A DNA stretch of 17,898 bases from a virus. The position numbers were made by a program, and so were the translations under genes. Location: positions 1 to 17,898 of IMG/VR virus record IMGVR_UViG_3300035498_000693; one strand, written 5' to 3'. Below the pieces are notes generated by a model. It was not told the origin of the DNA. It ran no database searches and worked only from the letters and a program-made list of their open reading frames with translations. Shown one piece after another: positions 1 through 7,886 of this stretch. Position 1 is the first letter of the stretch. Every line of letters starts with the position of its first letter.

Positions 1-328
1 CTGTTATAGAAACATTTGAAGTTACTGTATGAGTATGTTCTTTTACAGAATATCCGCTTAAATCTACTTCTGTAGTACCTATTTTTTCCCAAGAATATGT
101 TTTAGTAGAAGTTTCAGATTCAATAGTAATATACTCATCATAGATACTTGAAGTATCACTATGAGTGTGAGCTACTAAATAAATCTTACCCATAGTATCT
201 GCACTTGCAGTAGGTAATGTATCTACTTTTTCAAGAGTAATACCTAAAGCAATTAAATCTCTTGCTCCTTTATCTACTAAATCATAAACAGTTCCATTAG
301 GTAATTTAATTTGACTAATATTTGCCAT
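1..328 (-). CDS. Phage tail-fibre / receptor-binding-like protein, N-terminal part; the gene continues past the left edge
   Basis: Reverse-strand ATG at 328-326 with an AAGGAG RBS about 10 nt upstream. Hand translation MANISQIKLPNGTVYDLVDKGARDLIALGITLEKVDTLPTASADTMGKIYLVAHTHSDTSSIYDEY... is open to position 1 with no stop. It is absent from the ORF track only because it is edge-truncated. The 'KLPNGTVYD' N-terminus resembles Firmicute phage fibre N-termini (recognised from memory, not searched). Confidence 0.55.
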   Translation of the reverse strand, partial: MANISQIKLPNGTVYDLVDKGARDLIALGITLEKVDTLPTASADTMGKIYLVAHTHSDTSSIYDEYITIESETSTKTYSWEKIGTTEVDLSGYSVKEHTHTVTSNVSIT

Positions 329-348
329 TTATGTTAATCTCCTTTATT

Positions 349-1248
349 TTAATTTTTAAAAAAGTTTAATAATCCATCTGTATTTTCATCAATAGCTACA
401 TCTAATAAAGAAGGCTTATCTAATAAATCATTATAAGAACCTGAAAAAGCTACATTTGATAAATCTTCTTTTTTAATTGTAGTATTAGTAAATTCTCCAT
501 TTTGACTAAATTCTATATAAATAGTTTTAGAATAGTCAAGTGCGGAAATGCCTAGGTTAGTTGCTGTCACTAAGCTAGTTCCCGCCCATTCAAATAAACA
601 ATTTGTTGCTTCATATATTTCAATTGAAATAGTTCGGCTATATTCTTCTTTTGTATTACTTAAATCTATGCCTAAATAATGCTTGCCTCCATTATTAAAA
701 CCATCTTGATTTAAAAGATATAAAATATTGTTGGCTATACATCTTAAACCTAAATCATAAATTGTATTCTTAGCCTCATAAGTTCCTAAGCTATCCCCAA
801 TTCCAGATAAGAATATGTCTGCATACTGAGTAGCACCTGCCGCCCCCGCAACATCAGCATAAATTCTAAATTTTAATGTCCAAGAAGAATTAAAATCAAT
901 AGGTTTAATAGAAGCATAATACATAATATTATCTTCTTTTAAAACATTATCAAATTCTCTTGACATTAAAATATTAGAACTTTTAGCAATACAAACCCAT
1001 TCATTATTAAGATAGCGCCATAAACTTGCATTATTTTTAATAAAATAGAATTTACTAGGTAATGGAGCTAATACAAAAGTCAATTCATCTTCATCATCTA
1101 ATTCAATAAAATCTGAAATTTGGATTCTATCTCCATTAAAATCAAAATAAAGATTTTTACCATCCTTCTCTAGTATAAGCTGACCATCTGATTTAGAGAC
1201 TTCCTCTAGCTTAGATTGGATGGTGTCAATCAATTTTAATTGTGCCAT
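349..1248 (-). CDS. Phage tail-fibre-associated protein (299 aa)
   Basis: Complete ORF with an AAGGAG RBS. The C-terminal 'FSGSYNDLLDKPSLL' motif is typical of Firmicute phage tail-fibre proteins. Gly/Ala-rich patch AGAAGAT. It sits in a leftward operon with the other fibre-like genes. Confidence 0.6.
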   Translation of the reverse strand: MAQLKLIDTIQSKLEEVSKSDGQLILEKDGKNLYFDFNGDRIQISDFIELDDEDELTFVLAPLPSKFYFIKNNASLWRYLNNEWVCIAKSSNILMSREFDNVLKEDNIMYYASIKPIDFNSSWTLKFRIYADVAGAAGATQYADIFLSGIGDSLGTYEAKNTIYDLGLRCIANNILYLLNQDGFNNGGKHYLGIDLSNTKEEYSRTISIEIYEATNCLFEWAGTSLVTATNLGISALDYSKTIYIEFSQNGEFTNTTIKKEDLSNVAFSGSYNDLLDKPSLLDVAIDENTDGLLNFFKN

Positions 1249-1268
1249 GAAGCCTACTCCTTTCTAAC

Positions 1269-2108
1269 TTACCAATTAATCCAATTTATTAAACTATCTG
1301 CATAAGTTTTAACTGCTTCTTCTGTTGCTAAAGTATTGCTATCTGCGGACTCTGATAATGTAGCTCCTCCAACAGAGATACCTTCAGCCTTAAGATTACC
1401 TGTTGTATCATATAAAGCAACTTCATTTTCATGATTTGCGCCAACTTTATCAGCTTTTCCGCTTATATCTGTATCAGTAACACTTACATATAAACCGTCA
1501 TCTTTAATAGTAAGATGATTTCCTTCTGTTGCACTTACTTTTACATTAACAGAAATCTCATTATCAACAATAGAAGTTGTAGTTGAATCAGTATCTTTAG
1601 AAGTGTATATATCTACTAAAGAACCAACAGGTATCTTGATTACTTCATCTTCATTTGCATATGGGTCTTCAGCACCTTTTTCTGCTATACTTAACCATAA
1701 TTCATGTTTATCATTATCAGTATCCTCAACATACTTACCAGCAGTTACAACTAAATCTCTATCACCATATTTTTCTTTTAAATAATTATCTAACGCGCGG
1801 GCGGTCGGTGTAAGAGAATCATCCCCGCCTTCCGCCAAAGCAGTTGAGATATCCTCAGTATATCCATTATTAATTACAACTAATTCTGTTCCATTATAAA
1901 TCTTAATTTTTTTTGTGTTAGGATTTATATATAAAGTATTTAATTCTGGAGACTCAGGGTCAGAAGTTGTAAAAGAAACTTTACCTCCATAAAGTTTATC
2001 TCCGGTATAGACAGTTCCATCTTCAAGCCAATATATTGTATTAGCATTTTTTGAAGATAATGCACCATAATTAGCAACTGAAATTTTCTCTAAATTTAAT
2101 TTGCCCAT
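1269..2108 (-). CDS. Phage tail-fibre protein (279 aa)
   Basis: ORF with an AAGGAGGG RBS that overlaps the stop of the upstream gene. N-terminus MGKLNLEKISVANYGALSSKNANTIYWLEDGTVYTGDKLYGG matches the conserved N-terminal module of Firmicute phage tail-fibre proteins. The Thr/Ser/Asp-rich C-terminal half is typical of fibre shafts. Confidence 0.6.
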   Translation of the reverse strand: MGKLNLEKISVANYGALSSKNANTIYWLEDGTVYTGDKLYGGKVSFTTSDPESPELNTLYINPNTKKIKIYNGTELVVINNGYTEDISTALAEGGDDSLTPTARALDNYLKEKYGDRDLVVTAGKYVEDTDNDKHELWLSIAEKGAEDPYANEDEVIKIPVGSLVDIYTSKDTDSTTTSIVDNEISVNVKVSATEGNHLTIKDDGLYVSVTDTDISGKADKVGANHENEVALYDTTGNLKAEGISVGGATLSESADSNTLATEEAVKTYADSLINWINW

Positions 2109-2124
2109 TTGTTATTTGCCCTCC

Positions 2125-2736
2125 TTAATCTTCCCAATTTTTCCATGATATTTCATCATCTAATTTAATAGGAGAGCCAACTGCTTCTCCATTTGCATAA
2201 AATTGAATTGTGTTAGTTTCCTCGTCATAGAAAAATTGTTTATCTATTTTATTCTCATTTAATTCATCTATTTGATTTTGTAAATTTGCTACAACATCAT
2301 AAGATTCATTATCTTCTAAATCTTCTGATGATACATTTGAAGAAGGTCTTATATTAATAAAACAAGAACCTGTTTTGGTTAATTTGATTTTTTCTACATC
2401 TGAAAAGTCAAAAAACATGAACCAAAGCTCTACCTGACCGGCTTCCGCAGTCAATGTAGTTGTAATAGGTAATTCTGTTTTATATAAACCATAATAAGTA
2501 TCTTCATCAAGTGTCATATATCTCATCTTTCCTGTTGTATCCCTCTCAGTTTCCGCATCGTACTGAGGTAATAAAACTTGTAAAAGAATTTTAGAATTTT
2601 CTATATTATCAGCATCTAAAAAACTAGGGTCTATTAAAAACTGAATTGTGTCAGCTCTGTTTTCTTTTTGATAAATAGTTCTAAAAGTAGTTTTTTCAAG
2701 AGTTTTATCTGAATTTACCAGAACAATATTATTCAT
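2125..2736 (-). CDS. Hypothetical phage structural protein (203 aa); first gene of the leftward fibre operon
   Basis: ORF with an AAGGAGG RBS, read from the divergent junction. No recognisable motif. Confidence 0.5.
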   Translation of the reverse strand: MNNIVLVNSDKTLEKTTFRTIYQKENRADTIQFLIDPSFLDADNIENSKILLQVLLPQYDAETERDTTGKMRYMTLDEDTYYGLYKTELPITTTLTAEAGQVELWFMFFDFSDVEKIKLTKTGSCFINIRPSSNVSSEDLEDNESYDVVANLQNQIDELNENKIDKQFFYDEETNTIQFYANGEAVGSPIKLDDEISWKNWED

Positions 2737-2816
2737 TTTTATTTAAACCTCCTTTTATAAAAATAAAAACTATAGTATGAAGATAAAAGAATTTTGCCCA
2801 CTTAAAAAAGATTTAC

Positions 2817-2845
2817 TTGACTTTTAATAAAATTTTTATTATAAT
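2817..2845 (+). promoter_or_regulatory. Sigma-A-type promoter, TTGACT-17 bp-TATAAT
   Basis: TTGACT at 2817-2822, exact 17-bp spacer, TATAAT at 2840-2845, about 38 bp upstream of the 2884 start. Confidence 0.6.
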
Positions 2846-2883
2846 AAATTATACAAAAAAGAAAACAAAGAAAGGTTAGGTTA

Positions 2884-3528
2884 ATGACAATAGAAGAAAT
2901 AAATAACTTAATAGAAGAAAAATATAATATGCTAATAAGTATATATCCAAAAGAAACTATCTTAGGGGTATTTTATACTGAAATAGTTTATAAAGAATTT
3001 GAAGAAGAAAATTTGAAACTTTATGCTATTTATTTACCATCTTTTACGGATATGTGCAAGTCAAGTTTTTTTAAGAAGAAAATTAAAGGTGTTCATTTTA
3101 TAGATATAAGATTACTTAATATAGAGAATCTTCCTTCTTATTATATAAAAGTTAATCCTATGTATGAAAACCTTTATCAAGAATATATTGCTAATGTAAA
3201 AGACGCTTCTTCTGATGAAATAAAAAATCATTTTGTTACTTTTATGTATGCTATTTTAAATCATAATAGTGTAAAAAAAGAAGAGCTTAAAAAATTTTTA
3301 GAGGGATTATCTGAAAAAGAAGAAAAGGCTTTTGACTTTATAAAAAATGAATTATCAGATGGAGCTGGAATAATATCCATTTCAAAGATGGTTGAAAAAA
3401 CGAATATTAGTAGACCTGTTTATAAAAATTTAATCTCAAAAATGGAAATTAATAAAATAGCAGAAATAACTAATATGGGTGTTAAAGGAACTAAAATAAA
3501 AATTTATAATCCCGCTTTATGGAGGTAA
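2884..3528 (+). CDS. Hypothetical protein with a C-terminal helix-turn-helix-like segment; possible transcription regulator
   Basis: 214-aa ORF with RBS AAAGGT. C-terminal 'LSEKEEKAFDFIKNELSDGAGIISISKMVEKTNISRPVYKNLISKM' resembles a sigma-70 region-4 / LuxR-type HTH. The N-terminal part is unassignable. Confidence 0.4.
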   Translation: MTIEEINNLIEEKYNMLISIYPKETILGVFYTEIVYKEFEEENLKLYAIYLPSFTDMCKSSFFKKKIKGVHFIDIRLLNIENLPSYYIKVNPMYENLYQEYIANVKDASSDEIKNHFVTFMYAILNHNSVKKEELKKFLEGLSEKEEKAFDFIKNELSDGAGIISISKMVEKTNISRPVYKNLISKMEINKIAEITNMGVKGTKIKIYNPALWR

Positions 3529-3530
3529 AT

Positions 3531-3698
3531 ATGACGAAAATATTTCCAGTATCATCAGACTGTACTCTTGATGAAATAATCAATTTAAACAAAGTGCTTG
3601 CAGAGACTCCCCCAACAATAGTTGGAAACTCTTGGAAAATAATAGATATAGAATATAAAAATGATATGACTTTATATATTTTATCAGATGAAGATTAA
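3531..3698 (+). CDS. Small hypothetical protein (55 aa), translationally coupled to the upstream gene
   Basis: ATG at 3531 with GGAGGT 5 nt upstream, overlapping the upstream stop. Hand translation MTKIFPVSSDCTLDEIINLNKVLAETPPTIVGNSWKIIDIEYKNDMTLYILSDED has protein-like composition. It is below the ORF-track size cut-off. Confidence 0.45.
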   Translation: MTKIFPVSSDCTLDEIINLNKVLAETPPTIVGNSWKIIDIEYKNDMTLYILSDED

Positions 3699-3716
3699 AA
3701 GAAAGGTGTGATAATA

Positions 3717-4424
3717 ATGGGAAGAACTTTTGCGCTATCAGATTTGCATGGTTGTTATGACTTATGGGAAAAGGTAAAAGAATATTTAAACGAAGATGAT
3801 GTGTTGTGGTATCTTGGAGATGCTATTGACAGAGGTAGTGACGGTCTTGCTATTTTACTAGAACTCTTACGAAGAAAGAACACTTTCTTTATTAAAGGTA
3901 ATCATGAAGAATTTCTTGAAAGATGTGTACCTGAATTAATTGTAGAAGGTTATAGCGATGAATACTCATTATGGGTATCTAATGGCGGAAAGGTCACTTG
4001 GGAATTATTATCTCAGGCTCCGGAGGAAACTCAGTGGGCTATTGTTAATAAAGTTAAAAATCTTCCTACTCGTTGTGATATAACTAATAAGAATGGTCAG
4101 ACTATCATTCTTACCCATGCTGGTTTTAATCCTTTTTCATTTAAACTTGATTTCTTTAATGAAGAACAGCTTAATACTTTATACCTTTGGAGTAGAAATC
4201 ATTTTGATACAAAATGGCAACTTGATAATGAAGAATATAAGAATGTTTATCTTGTTCATGGTCATACTCCTGTTCAAATTCATAATAAAAATGAAGTTGA
4301 AGTTTATGGTAATGGACATATGTTTAACATAGATATGGGAAGCATTTGGAGTAAAAAGACAGTTTTATTTAACTTAGACACTTTACAGCCTGAAAAATAC
4401 TTTACAGCAATAGAAAAGATATAA
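3717..4424 (+). CDS. PPP-family binuclear metallophosphoesterase (lambda-phosphatase / ApaH / PrpE-like)
   Basis: Signature motifs GDxHG (SDLHGC), GDxxDRG (GDAIDRGSDG) and GNHE (GNHEEF), plus downstream His motifs (THAG, HGHTP). The ATG at 3717 follows AAAGGTG; the track's GTG start at 3708 is less likely. The same phosphatase clade forms the healing domain of bacterial Pnkp. Confidence 0.8.
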   Translation: MGRTFALSDLHGCYDLWEKVKEYLNEDDVLWYLGDAIDRGSDGLAILLELLRRKNTFFIKGNHEEFLERCVPELIVEGYSDEYSLWVSNGGKVTWELLSQAPEETQWAIVNKVKNLPTRCDITNKNGQTIILTHAGFNPFSFKLDFFNEEQLNTLYLWSRNHFDTKWQLDNEEYKNVYLVHGHTPVQIHNKNEVEVYGNGHMFNIDMGSIWSKKTVLFNLDTLQPEKYFTAIEKI

Positions 4425-4444
4425 TTTAAAGTGAGGTGATTTAT

Positions 4445-4810
4445 ATGTCAAAATGCACAGAATGTGAATACAAAGATATATGCACAATGGAATCTTGCGA
4501 AGATAGTTCTTTATCAAAAAATAGAGGAAGGAAACGTGAGAGAGATTTAAAGTATAAGAATCACCTCAAAAAAATGGAAAAATATACACAAAACTGGTTT
4601 TATTCACCTATATATTATGTAGATGAGTATTATGTAGGGCGCGGGAGATGGGTAGAAAATCCTAAACCCTACTATAAAAGAATATATAGGGGAAAAAGAA
4701 GCCGTTATTATAAAAAACAATCTAATAAAAAAATTAGAAAATATAGAAATGAAATACATAAAGGAAGCTCTTATAAAAAGGTTTATGATTTTTGGTGGAA
4801 TTTATGGTAA
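4445..4810 (+). CDS. Small Cys-cluster protein with a very basic K/R/Y-rich tail (122 aa)
   Basis: ATG at 4445, 6 nt after GTGAGGTG. N-terminus CTECEYKDICTMESCED. The C-terminus is K/R/Y-rich (YYKRIYRGKRSRYYKKQSNKKIRKYRN), suggesting nucleic-acid binding. Confidence 0.5.
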   Translation: MSKCTECEYKDICTMESCEDSSLSKNRGRKRERDLKYKNHLKKMEKYTQNWFYSPIYYVDEYYVGRGRWVENPKPYYKRIYRGKRSRYYKKQSNKKIRKYRNEIHKGSSYKKVYDFWWNLW

Positions 4811-4825
4811 AGAAAAGGAATAAAA

Positions 4826-5227
4826 ATGAAGAAAAAAGATAGATATAAATTAATTACACATGCAATCAATGATTATAAAAATATATTTAATATAAATTAT
4901 GAAAGAAAAACTCTTTCAGAAAAAGATTTTCAAGAGCTACTATCTAAAAACAGACACTCTTCAATGTGTGAATGGTGTTATTGTTGTAGAGGTTTATATA
5001 ATTGCTGTTGGCAAGAATTATGGGAAGAAGGAAATTGGGATTTAACTCAAAAAGAAGTTGATAAAGTAATTTCCTCTGTCTTTTTTGACCTTAAAAAAGA
5101 TATTAAAAAAGATAAAAGAATGGCGGTTTATGCCACAGAAAAAGGAGTCTATGTAATTATTATTGCAAGAGACTTACCACCATTTGAGGCAGATTATATT
5201 ATTTATTTTACTAATAACGTTGAATAG
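4826..5227 (+). CDS. Hypothetical Cys-rich protein (133 aa)
   Basis: RBS AAAAGGAA. Dense Cys cluster CEWCYCCRGLYNCCWQELW. No recognisable family. Confidence 0.5.
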   Translation: MKKKDRYKLITHAINDYKNIFNINYERKTLSEKDFQELLSKNRHSSMCEWCYCCRGLYNCCWQELWEEGNWDLTQKEVDKVISSVFFDLKKDIKKDKRMAVYATEKGVYVIIIARDLPPFEADYIIYFTNNVE

Positions 5228-5523
5228 CGGAGGTTTCGGTTAAAGAGTATTATACCTAGAATCCCGCAGAAAGAGAGAAAAAAAATATGAGTAATGGAAG
5301 AATAACTTTATTAATGTATCTTTTCTGTTGTTTAGGAAGTTTATTTTGTGCAAAATATTCAGAAGGGAAACTTTTAAAAAGACTTTATATTATAGTAACA
5401 GTAATGTATTTTATATGTTTTATTTTAAATTTAATAGCTTTAAAAGGATAATCTCAAGGTATAACAGTATTATAACAAAAGGAAGACCTTTACATAATTA
5501 AGTTTAAGGATAAAGATAATTAA

Positions 5524-5554
5524 TTGATTTTTTATAAAAAATAATATATATAAA
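5524..5554 (+). promoter_or_regulatory. Promoter, member of the repeated TTGATTTTTTATAAAAA family
   Basis: TTGATT at 5524-5529 followed by TTTTATAAAAAATAATATATATAAAT; -10 candidates TATATA/TATAAA at 5547-5554. Same 17-mer as at 7162, 12534 and 14634. Confidence 0.5.
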
Positions 5555-5595
5555 TATATGAACATTGAAAATAAAATATTAAAGGAGAATGTCTA

Positions 5596-7119
5596 ATGGA
5601 AATTTTATCAAAAATCCCTATTGTTCCTATTGCTATTGTAATAGCAGTAATCTTGTTAGTTGTAATATTCTTTTATCTATGTTATAAGAAATGTCCACCT
5701 AATAAAGCTATGGTTATTACGGGACCAAGAGGAACTAAGACTATAATTGGTAAGGCTTGTTTTATAATTCCTTTTATTCAACGAGCAGATTATATGTCAT
5801 TAGAGAATATTCAGGTAGATTTCACATCAAGAGATGAAATCCCAACTAAAGATGCTATTAATGTATTAGTTGATGCAGTAGCAAATATGTCTATTTCTAA
5901 AGACCCAGACATATTAAAGATTGCTTCTTCAAAATTTCTAGGCTATAGTACAGAAGCTATTCAGGCTATTGTTACTCCAGTTCTTGAAGGTAATATTCGT
6001 GAAATTATTTCTCAGACTTCTTTGAAAGAATTAATTCAAGGTGATAAAAAAGTCTTTGCGGAAAGGGTTGTGGAAAATGTAGCTCCAAATCTTCGTGATA
6101 TGGGTCTTGAACTTACAACTTTTAATATCCAGAATTTTAAGGATAAGAATGGAGTTATTGATAATTTAGGTATTGAGAACACTGTTCAAATTTCAAAAGA
6201 TGCTAAGAAAGCACAGGCGGCTGCGCAGGCTGAAATCGCCATAGCTCAGGCTCAGGCAAATAAAGAAGCTAATGAAGCAGAAGTTGCATCAGAGGCAGAG
6301 ATTGCTAAGAGAAACACTGAATTAGCTATTCAGAAATCTGAATTAAAGAAACAGTCAGATATAAAGAAAGCTGAGGCGGAAGCTGCAAAGGGTATTCAGG
6401 CTGAGGAACAGAGAAAGGTACTTGAAATTTCAACAGCTAATGCAAACTTAGCAAAGCAGGAGAAAGAAATTGAATTAAAGGAAAGAGAAGTTTCTATAAA
6501 AGAGAAAGCTCTTGAAGCTGATGTAAAGAAAACTGCGGAAGCTCAGAAATATGCGGCTCAGCAGGAAGCTGATGCTAGACTTTATACTACTCAAAAGCAG
6601 TCTGAAGCAGAGTTGTTTGAAAGACAAAAGAAAGCTGAAGCTGAAAAGTTTGAAGCAGAGCAGTCCGCTGAGGCAACAAAAGCTACTTCTGAAGCACAGA
6701 AAATTGCTATGGAGAATGAGGCGGCTGGTATCCGCGCAAAGGGTGAAGCTGAAGCCGCAGCTATTCAGGCTAAAGCAATTGCTGAAGCTGAAGGTATTTC
6801 AAAGAAAGCTGAAGCTATGAAACTCTATGGGGAGTCCGCGCAGATGGATATGAAATTGGAAGCATTAAAGTTATTTTTTGAACAGCTTCCTGCTATTGCA
6901 CAGGCTACTGGAGAGGCTTATACTAATGTTGACCGAATTGTTATGCTTGGAGGAGATTCTTCTAAGTTAACCGGAGACATTATTAATAATGTAACTCAAA
7001 TTACAGAAGGTGTGTCAGAATCTCTTGGTATTGATTTAAAGGCTTTACTAAGTGGATTTTTAGGAGGTTCTCTTGTAAAAGAAAAGTCTACTGATAACAC
7101 AGAGGATGTTTTAGAATAA
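5596..7119 (+). CDS. floT: Flotillin (FloT/YuaG/YqiK-type SPFH / band-7 protein), 507 aa
   Basis: N-terminal TM helix (IPIVPIAIVIAVILLVVIFFYL), then an SPFH core (KAMVITGPRGTKTIIGKACFIIPFIQRADYMSL ... NLRDMGLELTTFNIQNFKDKNGVIDNLG). A long Glu/Ala-rich coiled coil of EA repeats follows. The C-terminal 'LPAIAQA...IVMLGGDS...SLGIDLKALLSGF' block is colinear with B. subtilis FloT (509 aa) and E. coli YqiK. Confidence 0.85.
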   Translation: MEILSKIPIVPIAIVIAVILLVVIFFYLCYKKCPPNKAMVITGPRGTKTIIGKACFIIPFIQRADYMSLENIQVDFTSRDEIPTKDAINVLVDAVANMSISKDPDILKIASSKFLGYSTEAIQAIVTPVLEGNIREIISQTSLKELIQGDKKVFAERVVENVAPNLRDMGLELTTFNIQNFKDKNGVIDNLGIENTVQISKDAKKAQAAAQAEIAIAQAQANKEANEAEVASEAEIAKRNTELAIQKSELKKQSDIKKAEAEAAKGIQAEEQRKVLEISTANANLAKQEKEIELKEREVSIKEKALEADVKKTAEAQKYAAQQEADARLYTTQKQSEAELFERQKKAEAEKFEAEQSAEATKATSEAQKIAMENEAAGIRAKGEAEAAAIQAKAIAEAEGISKKAEAMKLYGESAQMDMKLEALKLFFEQLPAIAQATGEAYTNVDRIVMLGGDSSKLTGDIINNVTQITEGVSESLGIDLKALLSGFLGGSLVKEKSTDNTEDVLE

Positions 7120-7126
7120 CGCAAAG

Positions 7127-7160
7127 AAAAGAGTGAACTATCAAGTTTACTCTTTTTTTA
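7127..7160 (+). terminator. Rho-independent terminator
   Basis: AAAAGAGTGAAC-tatcaa-GTTTACTCTTTT, a 12-bp stem with one G·U, followed by TTTTTTT, 8 nt after the flotillin stop. Confidence 0.7.
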
Positions 7161-7161
7161 T

Positions 7162-7190
7162 TTGATTTTTTATAAAAATTATATTATAAT
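7162..7190 (+). promoter_or_regulatory. Sigma-A-type promoter, TTGATT-17-TATAAT
   Basis: TTGATT at 7162-7167, 17-bp spacer, TATAAT at 7185-7190, immediately after the terminator. Confidence 0.65.
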
Positions 7191-7226
7191 ATATTTATAA
7201 TAAAAAGTTGGAAGAAGGTTATAATA

Positions 7227-7526
7227 ATGAAAAATAAAAAAACACAATTTTTAAATGCAAGTACAGCAAGAGAAATATCAGAAAAAAATTATAATAAAGC
7301 AATAGATGAATTTTTAGAAAAAACCTTATTTGATTTAGCTAAAGAGATTAAAGGAAAAGCTGAAAAAGGAAAATATAATTTAACTTTTTATTGGGATATG
7401 GATATAGTTAGATTAGATAATGATGAAGATATGACTACTTTTCTTTCAATGGTTAAAGAAACTTTAGTAGACTATGGATATAATGTTTTATATATAACTA
7501 ATTTAAGTGTTTACATTGAGTGGTAA
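7227..7526 (+). CDS. Small hypothetical protein (99 aa); paralogue of 9693..9953
   Basis: RBS GAAGAAGG. Shares 'TAREISEKN...AEKGKYNLTFY...LVDYGYNVLYI...YIEW' with the 86-aa product of 9693..9953. Confidence 0.55.
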   Translation: MKNKKTQFLNASTAREISEKNYNKAIDEFLEKTLFDLAKEIKGKAEKGKYNLTFYWDMDIVRLDNDEDMTTFLSMVKETLVDYGYNVLYITNLSVYIEW

Positions 7527-7541
7527 GGAGTTGATATTATT

Positions 7542-7874
7542 ATGAATGAAAATGATTTTGTTAAAGAATTAAATGAATTATTAGTTAAATATAAAACTTC
7601 AATGATTGAAGCTAGGCGGATATATTCAAAACATAAAAGTCGTTTAGTGCAATATCATGAATATAATGATATTGTATGGAGTTATTATCATTATCCTTTA
7701 GGAAAAAATAATATATGCGGTTGCGGAAGTAATTGTTGTCATTATGAATATGATAAATTAGAGAATAAAATTTATGGAGTTTGTGATGGCTGTGGCGCAG
7801 AAATATATGAAATAAAAAAAGAATATATAGATAAAGAATTGAAAGTTGGTAGATGGCTAAGTAAAAATGAATAG
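7542..7874 (+). CDS. Cys-rich zinc-finger-like protein (110 aa)
   Basis: RBS AAGGAG. Contains CGCGSNCCH...(18 aa)...CDGCGAEI. Confidence 0.5.
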   Translation: MNENDFVKELNELLVKYKTSMIEARRIYSKHKSRLVQYHEYNDIVWSYYHYPLGKNNICGCGSNCCHYEYDKLENKIYGVCDGCGAEIYEIKKEYIDKELKVGRWLSKNE

Positions 7875-7886
7875 GAGGTATAATAA

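Noticed and set aside
1603-1785. Short antisense or alternative-frame ORFs listed in the track (1603-1785+, 4093-4332+, 6551-6820+, 7612-7947-, 8005-8211-, 8346-8630-, 9791-10054-, 11252-11437+, 11811-11993-, 13917-14126-, 17211-17417-).
   Set aside because: All lie inside longer, motif-supported genes on the other strand or frame. They have low-complexity AT-rich translations and no RBS, so they are spurious.
2737-2816. Sigma-A promoter for the leftward fibre operon.
   Set aside because: The reverse strand shows only weak candidates (…GGGCAAAATTC…TATAGT) with no acceptable -35 at 16-18 bp. A phage-specific late promoter is probably used, so it was not annotated.
5228-5285. Possible terminator after the 4826 gene (GCGGAGG…TCCCGC).
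   Set aside because: The arms are imperfect (GCGGAG vs GCGGGA), the loop is long (~30 nt) and there is no T-tract, so it was not called.
5286-5501. A 71-codon ATG…TAA ORF in the 368-bp gap before the flotillin gene (MSNGRITLLMYLFCCLGSFILCKIFRRETFKK…).
   Set aside because: The F/Y/N/K/I-dominated composition is typical of out-of-frame AT-rich sequence. There is only a weak AGAGAGA upstream and no conserved motif. It is probably non-coding leader or promoter region.
7542-7874. Possible TraR/DksA-family zinc finger because of 'CDGCGAEI'.
   Set aside because: DksA/TraR has CxxCGxxI as the first Cys pair followed by a second CxxC about 17 aa later. Here nothing follows it and the other Cys pair lies upstream, so the order is reversed. 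Kept as a generic Cys-rich zinc-finger-like protein.
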